Below are positions 1-8,900 of a DNA stretch of 64,000 bases, in pieces. The stretch spans positions 9,013 to 73,012 of the forward strand of contig SDNP01000014.1 of NCBI GenBank assembly GCA_004524445.1. The letters run 5' to 3'. Source of the DNA: Candidatus Thorarchaeota archaeon. Its GTDB lineage: Archaea; Asgardarchaeota; Thorarchaeia; Thorarchaeales; Thorarchaeaceae. Below the pieces are notes generated by a model. It was not told the DNA's origin and ran no database searches. It saw only the letters and a list, made by a program, of their open reading frames with translations. The first letter of the stretch is position 1; each line of letters begins with the position of its first letter. The position numbers and the translations under genes were made by a program.

Positions 1-1
1 T

Positions 2-499
2 GAACAACTAATTACAGTAGATGCCATGGTTGAAGGTGGCAAGGCTTCGGGAGGACCACCAATCGGTCCGGCACTAGGCCCTACTGGCGTGAACATTTTT
101 CAAGTGGTCACAAAGATCAACGAGATTACTGAACCTTTTGCGGGATTGAAAGTACCAGTCACCATCACGGTGAATCCCCAGACCAAGGAATTTGAAGTTG
201 AGGTAGGTACACCTCCAACCAGCGCGCTCATCTTGAAAGAGATCGGAGCACCCAAGGGTTCAGGAGAACCAGATGAGAATATCATTGGAAACATGACAAT
301 TGACCAAGTGAAGAATGTCGCCAAGGGGAAGGCAGCGGACCTTACCGCTCTGACAATGAAGACTGCTGCCATGATTGTCGCAGGCACCTGTGTTTCAATG
401 GGTGTTACGATAGAAGGGAAGCCTCCGAAGGAGTTCCAGCAGGAAGTCCGGGAAGGAAAATGGGATGAGCAGTTAGACGAACCTTTGAAGGAGGACTAG
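2..499 (+). CDS. rpl11: 50S ribosomal protein L11 (uL11); true start probably upstream of the window
   Basis: GGKASGGPPIGPALGP and EVGTPPTSALI motifs; frame is open from position 2 (EQLITVDAMVEGG); first gene of the L11-L1-P0-L12 operon. Confidence 0.96.
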   Translation, partial: EQLITVDAMVEGGKASGGPPIGPALGPTGVNIFQVVTKINEITEPFAGLKVPVTITVNPQTKEFEVEVGTPPTSALILKEIGAPKGSGEPDENIIGNMTIDQVKNVAKGKAADLTALTMKTAAMIVAGTCVSMGVTIEGKPPKEFQQEVREGKWDEQLDEPLKED

Positions 500-503
500 C
501 CAA

Positions 504-1166
504 ATGTCATATGACTATGATATGGAAGCAGTCGAGAAGGCTGTGGCCGAGGCGAGAGAGAAAGGACAAGAAAGAGGCATCAATTTCGAACAAAGCATTG
601 ATGTCGCAGTCAATTTCAGAAGCAAAGAGCTTGATATGTCGGACTCAGAAAATAGAATCAACCAAGAGGTAGTTTTGCCTAACCATCTGGTTCCGCCGCC
701 TACGATATGTGCAATTGGTGACGGTGAATTTGCTGAAAATGCAGAGGCGGCTGGTGTCGATAGAGTCATTGCGAAGGATGATATCGCTACTATCGCTGAA
801 GACAAGAAAGCTCGGAAAACTCTTGCAAAAGAGTTTGATTTCTTTGTATCTGTCACTGACGCAATGCCCCTGGTGGGAAGATATCTAGGTCAGGCGCTTG
901 GCCCGAGAGGGAAGATGCCTAGACCATATCCACCCCAAGCAGATCTTGAACCAGTGGTAGAGCAATATCGTCGCACAGTACGAATCAGAATGAGAAACAC
1001 GCCAACCTTCCACACAAAAGTGGGACATGTGAACATGAGTGACAGGAAGATTGCTGAGAACATTGCAGCAATCCTCAACTTCGTTCAACGAAAGGAGCTC
1101 ATTCAACGAGTTGGAAGTGTTCTTGTCAAGACTACCATGGGACCCCCAGTGGAGGTACCCTACTAA
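504..1166 (+). CDS. rpl1: 50S ribosomal protein L1 (uL1)
   Basis: NFEQSID, LGPRGKMP and VKTTMGPPV motifs; operon context. Confidence 0.97.
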   Translation: MSYDYDMEAVEKAVAEAREKGQERGINFEQSIDVAVNFRSKELDMSDSENRINQEVVLPNHLVPPPTICAIGDGEFAENAEAAGVDRVIAKDDIATIAEDKKARKTLAKEFDFFVSVTDAMPLVGRYLGQALGPRGKMPRPYPPQADLEPVVEQYRRTVRIRMRNTPTFHTKVGHVNMSDRKIAENIAAILNFVQRKELIQRVGSVLVKTTMGPPVEVPY

Positions 1167-1178
1167 AGGTGAAACACA

Positions 1179-2201
1179 TTGAGCGTTTATGAAAAGAAAA
1201 TCCCTCAATGGAAAATTGACTTGGTAGATAAGCTGGCTGAAACCATCAAGAATAGCAAGATGGTTGGCCTAGTCAACGTAGAGGGCGTTGGTGCCAAGCA
1301 GCTCCAAGGAATCCGGGATAGTTTGAGAGGCTCTGCCAAAATCAAAATGGCCCGGAATACACTGATGAAGAGAGCAATCGATGAGTCAGAACAAGAAGGT
1401 ATTGAGGACTTAGCAGCCCATCTCAAGGGACCTGTTTCGTTCATCTTCAGTGATGAAGACCCCTTCTTGTTGAGCAAGTTTCTCAGTGAAAACAAGGCAG
1501 CTGCACCTGCAAAGGGAGGCCAAGTGTCGCCCAAGGACATCATAGTACCTGCTATGAACACGGGTGTCGCACCCGGCCCGTTCATCAGTGAACTTGCAGC
1601 GCTGGATATTCCATCTCGAGTAAAGGGTGGAGTCATCCATGTGACTGAAGACACTGTTGCTGTAGAAGCTGGAGAAGTGATCTCCAATGCAATGGCACAG
1701 ATGCTCGGGAGACTGGGTATCGAGCCAATGGAGCTTCAGCTCAAGCTCGTTGCGGCATATGCTGATGGCACGGTGCTCACAACTGAGGACCTAGAGATAG
1801 ACCTCGAAGCATTATTCGGGAACGTCTTACTCGGTCATCAGTACGCAGTCAATCTGTCAGTCAATACTGGATACCCAACCTCGGAAACAATACCACTGAT
1901 TATCGCCAAGGCCAATATGGAGGCAAAGAACCTGGCACTGACTATTGGATTCTTTACTCCCGAACTCTTGAACGAATTCTTGGCAAAGGCGAATTCAGAG
2001 GCAGCCATGCTGGCTGGTTTGATAGCCGATAAGGATCCAGATGCAATACCCTCAGACCTCGTTAATCAGATTCAAGCTGCAGCAGCAGCACCTCCCGAGG
2101 CACCCTCAGCAGAGGAGAGCCCCGATGAGGAGGAAGAAGCTGAAGAAGAGGAAGATGAGGAGGAAGAAGCTGTAGCAGGCCTAGGCGGCCTGTTTGGTTA
2201 A
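1179..2201 (+). CDS. rplP0: Acidic ribosomal protein P0 (uL10), TTG start
   Basis: IPQWKIDLV N-terminus, KMARNTL, acidic hinge and GLGGLFG C-terminus; AGGTGA SD upstream. Confidence 0.97.
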   Translation: MSVYEKKIPQWKIDLVDKLAETIKNSKMVGLVNVEGVGAKQLQGIRDSLRGSAKIKMARNTLMKRAIDESEQEGIEDLAAHLKGPVSFIFSDEDPFLLSKFLSENKAAAPAKGGQVSPKDIIVPAMNTGVAPGPFISELAALDIPSRVKGGVIHVTEDTVAVEAGEVISNAMAQMLGRLGIEPMELQLKLVAAYADGTVLTTEDLEIDLEALFGNVLLGHQYAVNLSVNTGYPTSETIPLIIAKANMEAKNLALTIGFFTPELLNEFLAKANSEAAMLAGLIADKDPDAIPSDLVNQIQAAAAAPPEAPSAEESPDEEEEAEEEEDEEEEAVAGLGGLFG

Positions 2202-2222
2202 ATAATAAAGAGGTAATAAAAA

Positions 2223-2525
2223 ATGGAGTACGTATACACAGCACTTCTGCTTCACAAAGCAGGCCAAGATCTTACCGATGCCAATATGGAGTCTGTTCTC
2301 AGCGCCGCAGGCGTTAAGCCAGATAAAGGTAGGATAAAGGCCATGCTTGCAGCACTCGAGGGTGTCGACATTGAAGATGCCCTGAAATCGGCCGCAGCGG
2401 TTCCGACCGCCGCCGCACCAGCAGTAACTGGTGGAGAGGCTGCCGCAGCAGAAGAAGAGAAGGAAGAGGAAGAAGAGGAAGAGGAAGAAGAGTTCACTGC
2501 TGGACTTGGAAGCCTGTTTGGTTAG
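2223..2525 (+). CDS. rpl12: Ribosomal stalk protein P1/L12
   Basis: [11 protein letters not shown] start, Ala-rich linker, poly-Glu, GLGSLFG end. Confidence 0.97.
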   Translation: MEYVYTALLLHKAGQDLTDANMESVLSAAGVKPDKGRIKAMLAALEGVDIEDALKSAAAVPTAAAPAVTGGEAAAAEEEKEEEEEEEEEEFTAGLGSLFG

Positions 2526-2570
2526 AGTATAAGCTTTGCCCTCCAAATCCTAGCCTTCATTCAGTTTAGA

Positions 2571-2615
2571 CGGGCCAGCGGGCCGCAAGCCTGCTCGCCC
2601 ATCAACGTCTTTTTC
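2571..2615 (+). terminator. GC-rich hairpin followed by a T-tract; candidate terminator of the r-protein operon
   Basis: AGCGGGC/GCCTGCT stem with outer GGGC/GCCC, then TCTTTTT, between convergent genes. Confidence 0.5.
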
Positions 2616-2631
2616 GTTCAAAACACATGAA

Positions 2632-3441
2632 CTACCGCTTTTTATGAAGATGAAATACCACTATAGCAATCATAACTAATGAGACTCCGAAAACCACATA
2701 CAACAGAAGTATTGGGGGAAAGTTGGTTTTTCCTCGCAACGTGGCTCGAAATGATGTCCAATCACTATCAAACTCTGAGGCGTTGAAGTCCCAAATTCCC
2801 CGTGCATTGGCACCATCATAAGTTGACGTGAAATAATCCTCAGGATAGAAGCTGTGTTCGATAAACTGAGAATACCCACGAATCTCCATATCAACAGTTT
2901 CATGACTGTCACTAGCCCATGTGGAGGCGGATCCTACATAATATCGAATATTTATGGCATTGCCAAACCAATTCGGAGTGAATTTCACGAACGAGTCAAT
3001 AATGCGAACCTGAGTTTCAAAAAAGCTCACATTGAAAATGGCGAACATGAGCTCATGGGTGGGAACATAGAGGGTAAGGTCGGATATACTGATGCTTGAT
3101 CCATTTACAAGGTCATAACCAACCTCTGTGCCATCAACCAGTATCTCCAACTCCAGTCCATCGTCATCACCGGTGACAGGTTGCCAATCGTATGTAGGAA
3201 ATAAAAACGCGACCCGAAGACCTTCTTCAGAAGGAGACTCCAGTCTGAAGGTGGAATTGAAAGTAACCGAGCCATAGGCATCAATTGACACATTCACCTC
3301 TGCAAGTGGCATGGATACTGTAGTGTTCAGACCGAAACAACCGCCCGCACTAATGTCTTCAAGAACCATCACGTCGGCGGCGACTGGAGAGAGAAACTGG
3401 ATGCTTGCTGCAAGTAGAAGGATGACTAGTATGGATTTCAT
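2632..3441 (-). CDS. Secreted, C-terminally membrane-anchored hypothetical protein
   Basis: Signal peptide MKSILVILLLAASIQFLSPVAA (preferred start 3441), beta-rich body, C-terminal TM helix plus basic tail HKKR. Confidence 0.75.
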   Translation of the reverse strand: MKSILVILLLAASIQFLSPVAADVMVLEDISAGGCFGLNTTVSMPLAEVNVSIDAYGSVTFNSTFRLESPSEEGLRVAFLFPTYDWQPVTGDDDGLELEILVDGTEVGYDLVNGSSISISDLTLYVPTHELMFAIFNVSFFETQVRIIDSFVKFTPNWFGNAINIRYYVGSASTWASDSHETVDMEIRGYSQFIEHSFYPEDYFTSTYDGANARGIWDFNASEFDSDWTSFRATLRGKTNFPPILLLYVVFGVSLVMIAIVVFHLHKKR

Positions 3442-3565
3442 CTGAACACTGTTTACTTCCATCATACTACTAACTATATCAAAAAAGGAATTAAGGATTG
3501 ACCTCGGCTGACTTCTGAACCAAGTGACCCACAGAATCATATTCTCTGACGCATATTTTCCAATC

Positions 3566-4348
3566 ATGAAGATTGTCTTCCACCCGAAGATGAGAGAGAG
3601 TTATGACCACACCCCGGCAGGAGCTCCAAACCGATTAAACTCAGCGGTGGAGATACTCAGTAGGCACCCAGACTATGAGTTTGTTGAGGCGAGACAAGCC
3701 ACAGAAGAAGAGATCTATCGTGCCCATGTACAAGGTCATATTGAGAAAATCAAAGAGGAGAGAAACTCTAGGATTGGGGGGCGGCTCTATGAAATGGCAA
3801 TGCTTGCAGCTGGAGGATCCGTCATGACCGCAGAAATTGCAGCAGAGGGAGAGCCCGCATTTGGGCTCATACGTCCACCAGGACATCATGCCTCATATTC
3901 ATCATATTGGGGATTCTGTTACTTCAACAACATGGCAATCGCCATCTTAGCCTTGAGGGCACAGGGGCTGATTCAATCAGCATACATTTTGGACTTCGAC
4001 CTTCATACTGGCGACGGCAATATCAACATTCTTGGAGATGACCCTGATATTGTGATTCACAACCCGAGTGGATTTGGGGAAGAGGAATACCTTGAGAATG
4101 TGAGAAGGGGTCTGGACAGATCACCTGAGGTAGACATCATCGCTGCATCTGCAGGGTTTGATCAATACATAGACGACTGGGGAGGAAAGCTCTCGACTGA
4201 GGCTTTTGCCACGATTGGAGCCATATTGAATGAGTTTGCTGAAGAAAACTGCAAGGGGCGCCGTTTCGGGCTGCTTGAGGGCGGATACAACTTTGAGGAC
4301 CTTGGTAAGAATGTCTTAGCCTTCTGTGAAGGATTAAGGGGAAAGTAG
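3566..4348 (+). CDS. Histone deacetylase family (Zn-dependent) protein
   Basis: RPPGHHA, GFCYFNN, DFDLHTGDG, SAGFD and LEGGY motifs. Confidence 0.93.
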   Translation: MKIVFHPKMRESYDHTPAGAPNRLNSAVEILSRHPDYEFVEARQATEEEIYRAHVQGHIEKIKEERNSRIGGRLYEMAMLAAGGSVMTAEIAAEGEPAFGLIRPPGHHASYSSYWGFCYFNNMAIAILALRAQGLIQSAYILDFDLHTGDGNINILGDDPDIVIHNPSGFGEEEYLENVRRGLDRSPEVDIIAASAGFDQYIDDWGGKLSTEAFATIGAILNEFAEENCKGRRFGLLEGGYNFEDLGKNVLAFCEGLRGK

Positions 4349-4379
4349 GTTCTATCGCAGAAACTGGAGGGCAAATCTG

Positions 4380-5240
4380 ATGAGATGTATCGAATTTCTC
4401 GCAGAAGACGCACCAGTGTTTTTGGACGCACATAATGCATGCATACTCCTTAAAGCACGACAGAAGGAACTAGCCTCGGTCGAAGTTTCACTAGACCTTG
4501 GTCTCTCAACCCAGAGTGTTGATTTCTCAGAGTGGGATTGCGATGCTCAGGAACTGGATAAAATTGTAAAAAAACCGAATTCTGCTTACATCATACGAGA
4601 TGGAACTGCAAATGAGATTGCAATTCGTAATTCTATTGAGTACAGACTCCGTCCTACAGAGAAGGGACAGGCTCCGGCACTTGTAATAGACGAAGAATTG
4701 ATGCATCAGATTGCCCCCCTTGGACCAATGGAATACGCAAGGAGGAGGGCTGAACTCGCTGTAAATCCCGGATGGCGGGTCCTAGATATCGGTACAGGAC
4801 TTGGCTACTCAGCAATTGCCTCTCTTGACAGAGATGCACATGAAGTTGTATCAATCGAGAAGCACCCTGAAGTCATTGAACTTTCACGGATGAATCCCTG
4901 GTCTCAAAGGCTTCATGAAGATGAAAGAGTAAGCATAGTCATTGGTGATGCATTCGAAGTGGTCAGCACGTTGCGAGTCGATAGCTTTGATTCTGTGTTT
5001 CACGACCCGCCTCAGATCCAGCTCACCCCCAAACTCTACTCTACCAAAATGTATCGTTTGATTGGTCAGGTTTTGGTACCAGATGGACAATTATGTCACT
5101 ATGTTGGACCAGAGGGATTCTCCTACAGGGGGCAAGAGGTTGCAAAGTTGGTCGAAAATAGATTACGAGGGAATGGATTTCACAGCATTGAGTTCATTCC
5201 AAAGCTTCAGAGTATTCTTGCTACGTATGGGGACAAGTAG
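4380..5240 (+). CDS. Class I SAM-dependent methyltransferase (archaeal, spermine-synthase-like)
   Basis: VSLDLGLS, VLDIGTGLGYSAI, NPWS, GDAF and HDPP motifs. Confidence 0.85.
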   Translation: MRCIEFLAEDAPVFLDAHNACILLKARQKELASVEVSLDLGLSTQSVDFSEWDCDAQELDKIVKKPNSAYIIRDGTANEIAIRNSIEYRLRPTEKGQAPALVIDEELMHQIAPLGPMEYARRRAELAVNPGWRVLDIGTGLGYSAIASLDRDAHEVVSIEKHPEVIELSRMNPWSQRLHEDERVSIVIGDAFEVVSTLRVDSFDSVFHDPPQIQLTPKLYSTKMYRLIGQVLVPDGQLCHYVGPEGFSYRGQEVAKLVENRLRGNGFHSIEFIPKLQSILATYGDK

Positions 5241-5288
5241 AGCTCTCAAGTTTCTAAGGTGCTTAAATCACTCCGGTATGAATAAGAA

Positions 5289-5552
5289 GTGGTGCATCCA
5301 ATGAGATTCTTGACTCTGCTAAGCCCGCTCTCTAACTTTGCTCAGATGATCTCCGTTTATTTTGCAGAGATTTGGGAGTTCTTGATTTTTATCGGAAGGG
5401 TCTCTGGAATCATTATTGTACTGGCAGGCGCAATAATCTGGTTCACCGATGCAAATCCTAAGCGTGGAAAGGGCCTAGTATTTGGCGGTATTGTGCTATC
5501 CATTGTTGTCCAATATTTCGTTATCTATCCACCTGCTTTCGTCGTTATTTGA
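5289..5552 (+). CDS. Small two-TM membrane protein (pilin/VirB2-like hairpin pattern)
   Basis: Two hydrophobic helices separated by FTDANPKRGKG; similar to both halves of ORF 62292-62807. Confidence 0.7.
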   Translation: MVHPMRFLTLLSPLSNFAQMISVYFAEIWEFLIFIGRVSGIIIVLAGAIIWFTDANPKRGKGLVFGGIVLSIVVQYFVIYPPAFVVI

Positions 5553-5631
5553 GGTGCCTAGAATCCCAACGCCCGTCATGTCATGCGGAAAGGTTTATGT
5601 CTACATCCCTCAGGTCATTCCAGTGATGCTC

Positions 5632-5739
5632 GGGCCCGTTGCCTAGCCCGGATAGGGCGCTACCCTTCTATATTGCCTGACTTGCTCCGGCTTGTAGGAC
5701 AGGTAGATCTCGAGCGTTCGAATCGCTCCGGGCCCGCCA
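5632..5739 (+). tRNA. tRNA-Arg(TCT) with a 30-nt intron at canonical position 37/38 (5671-5700); CCA encoded
   Basis: Acceptor GGGCCCG/CGGGCCC; anticodon arm CTACC-CT-TCT-A[intron]A-GGTAG; T-arm GAGCG-TTCGAAT-CGCTC. Confidence 0.92.
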
Positions 5740-5978
5740 CCAACCATTCCAATCTGTTTTGGGTCATCAAAATTCGTTCTTCAGAAAATGACAAAAAGTC
5801 GGAAGTCGTTGTGCCGGTTGCGATGAAGGAAGTGCGAAATGGAGGTTATGAGGACACTGCAATAGAAACGGGGCATTAATAGCGCTATTTCAATTCGTCA
5901 ATCGGTTCTTCACACCATTTAATGCATGGTGAGAGCTTTTTCGTTCTCTTGCGGATGCAAATGAAATTTGGATTCCGC

Positions 5979-8900
5979 TTATTGCCGCTGAAGAAGAGCC
6001 GCCTTTAGTTTCTCCCGTAGATGCCATGATAGATTTGCCTTCTCAATCACCATCAAACACTCTTTTCGTTCGAGTTGGAGTTCTCCGCAATAGCCGAGGA
6101 ATAGCTTCAATATGTCCATGTTTCGAATTCCCTCTGGTGGTGTATGGCACACCTCTAGCTGATTTGCAAAGAGGGCAATCTTCTGATGTTTAGGAATATC
6201 TAGCTGCATTACTTTGGAAAAGAGGTCAAGCAACCCAGACCAGACCCCAATTGACCAGACCTGATTGCACTGCTTTCTCCAGGCTGATTCCGCTGTTTCC
6301 CGTATTCTTACCATCGGATTTGCTGGTGCATAGTAGCCAGAGGAACCAGACGTCAGGGCTTTAAATCTAGGATCACCTATGAGTTTTGCCATAAGATTGT
6401 CAAATGCTGGACCGTTGAGTAGCCGTTTGACAACTTGATTGATTTGGTTGAAGGACTGCGCTTTCCGTGCTGCATTTAGTACTCTCATTGCCACAGTAGG
6501 ATTTTCGATAGGCGTCTGGCCTGCAACCTTTGAGCCCAAAACAGCAGTACATGCCTTAAGAGCCAACTCATTGTCTGGCATAATGGGAACTTCCAAGAAG
6601 AAATCCTTGGTTTGATTCAGGATATGTGTCCATAGCGCTCGTTCCAATCTGTCGAGTTCATCACGAATCAGTCCACCACCGATATCAGTGGCCGTAGGAA
6701 GAGCTATTCGCATTGCTTGAGAAGCCTTTGCTATCTCCGTGATATTGCCCTGAGAGTTATCAGATAGATTTGGCAGACTCCTTAGAATTCGCTCCATTAC
6801 CATCGAGGCAGTCATCGTATCTTTCGATTCAGCCACGAATTTCACCAGTAATTCCAAAGCTACCGGCCCTGCCGAATCTGCATCTTCCTCATTCAGAAAT
6901 GTGATAACTTCAAAGGTACTTTTGATTCGCGACTTCGTACTTGGCCCGGCGTTTTGAGCTATGGTCTTGAGCAATCCTTCGATTTTTTCATCTTTGGGAT
7001 ATTCAAAATAGCTTTCCACAATGGGCGAGATTACAGTCAGCATTGCATCGTCATCCAATTCAATCTTTTTGAGTAATCCTTTGAGACGCCGAAATCTTGA
7101 TTCTTGGAGCAAAATCCCTACAACCTCTAGGGCAACAACAGAATAGTGAGTCTTTTCTAACATGCCGAGTAACTCTAACGCCTTGGCTTGGGTTTTTGCG
7201 TATGCAATCTCTTGTGCCACTATTTCAAGTCGACCAACCTGAAGCAATAGATTGATACGAAGATTGGAATCCTCCAAAGACTGAGCCAACTGGCTCAGCT
7301 CTCTTGCAGCTTCAGTATCCTTTGCAATGCTGAATAGCCCAAATGAAAGGTCAGGCATAGCATTAATCAACTTCCTTGCATCTTCATCTTGGTTATTGGT
7401 CATCAGCAACACAAGAAGGTTAACTGCTTCACGTCTATAGCTCTGCAATATCATATTTCTAAACTGAGTAATCGCCAAGTCTAAATTGCCCTCTTTGAGG
7501 GAGGAAACTACTGCAACACGATATGCATCCTCCTGAAGACTCAACGCAGTAAATATACGATAGGTTTCTTCCCAATGTGATGCCTCTAATACGTTGGCTA
7601 GTTCAAGCAACTGATTTCTACACGGGGATATTCCTGCCAAGGTTGATAGCATATTTTCTGGACAGTTGTTCTTCTGAGCAAGTCGGACAGCAGACTCAAA
7701 CATGTTATTCTTCAAGTATATCAAAAGCGCTTGTTCCTGATTGGATTCTGAATTAGATTCGATTTCAACAGCCTTTGTGATTTCATCATATCGGGAAACC
7801 CACGATTTTCGTTTGTATATTGCAGCGCCCACAGCCACTAAGAGTGCAGGTATCATGAAATAAAGCGCATAAGTCTGCCAAATAGTTGTCATGGCGTAAG
7901 ACTCAGAGCTCAAATCCACCAGTATCTCTGCTGTACCAACCAAGATCTCTGCAGAGATGTCAACATTTCCGCCCATAAGAGATAGATCTAGCATTTCGAA
8001 TTGAAATGAATATGTGTTTATTCCAGGTTCGATTACAACGAATCTTGAGTCTATGATCGCTCCATTCCTCAGTATTTTGATTGTCGCAGGAAATGACGAG
8101 TCTTCAGTATTAGATACAATAACATCAATATGCCATACGCCGACCTGTTTGGTTTCGGGTATACGTATTTCCGATACCCATATTCTAGGCGCCCTTGAAG
8201 TCACAATTTGAGTGAACTCATAGACGCTTCCTTCAGGGAAAAAGTGAATCTCATAGTCTCCATTTATCGCCTCTATTGGCAAATCTAATTCAATCTCAGA
8301 TTGATATCCATCATCGCAAACAGCTTGTCCTGTGAATAACAGAGACTCATCTGGTGCAATTATGAAATAGTCGAAGTATGCAACGGGAATCGGGTAGCCT
8401 TCAGATGTTTCGAGTCCTAGTGTATACGCTGTTGATGCACCCAATACGGCATATGTAACAGAAATGGATTTCGCAATTGGTGCCTGTACTTCTATAGGCA
8501 AAGTGTAGTGGCGGTCACTATCGGGAATCCCGTACACAAGAGTGTAGTTACCGATAGAATCACAGAAAGAGAATGAGAGTGATAATTCCGCAATCGAATT
8601 TTCACTACATCTTAGAATCCCAGAGCAGAACACAGTGCCATTCGGACAAAATACTTGATATTCAAATGAGTGTGAAGGCACTCTATTACCGTTCAAATCC
8701 TCCAAACCGAGGGTGATGTTGATGCGCAAACCCAGTGTAGTTGAAATGTTCGGAATGAGTGTCGTAGGAGGGATAAAATCAATTGTTGTAGAAAAGGTAA
8801 GCATTGTATCAGGATCTATCAAATCAAACCGCCATCTTCCATCAGCATCATCATCAGACAGAGCCAAATCATAGCTACCCGTGTATCCATTTGTGAGAAG

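Noticed and set aside
2125-2492. GAA/GAG-rich low-complexity repeats
   Set aside because: They encode the normal acidic hinges of P0 and L12
2571-2600. Hairpin considered as a SECIS element
   Set aside because: No upstream gene with an in-frame TGA and no SECIS core; a terminator is the simpler reading. I noticed no selenoprotein candidate in the window
5569-5876. GCCCGT...ACGGGC complementarity suggesting a ~300-nt RNase P or SRP RNA
   Set aside because: No GAGGAAAGTCC or SRP helix-8 motif; the GC-rich core is explained by the intron-containing tRNA-Arg
5583-5879. 98-aa ORF
   Set aside because: Overlaps tRNA-Arg; no protein-like features
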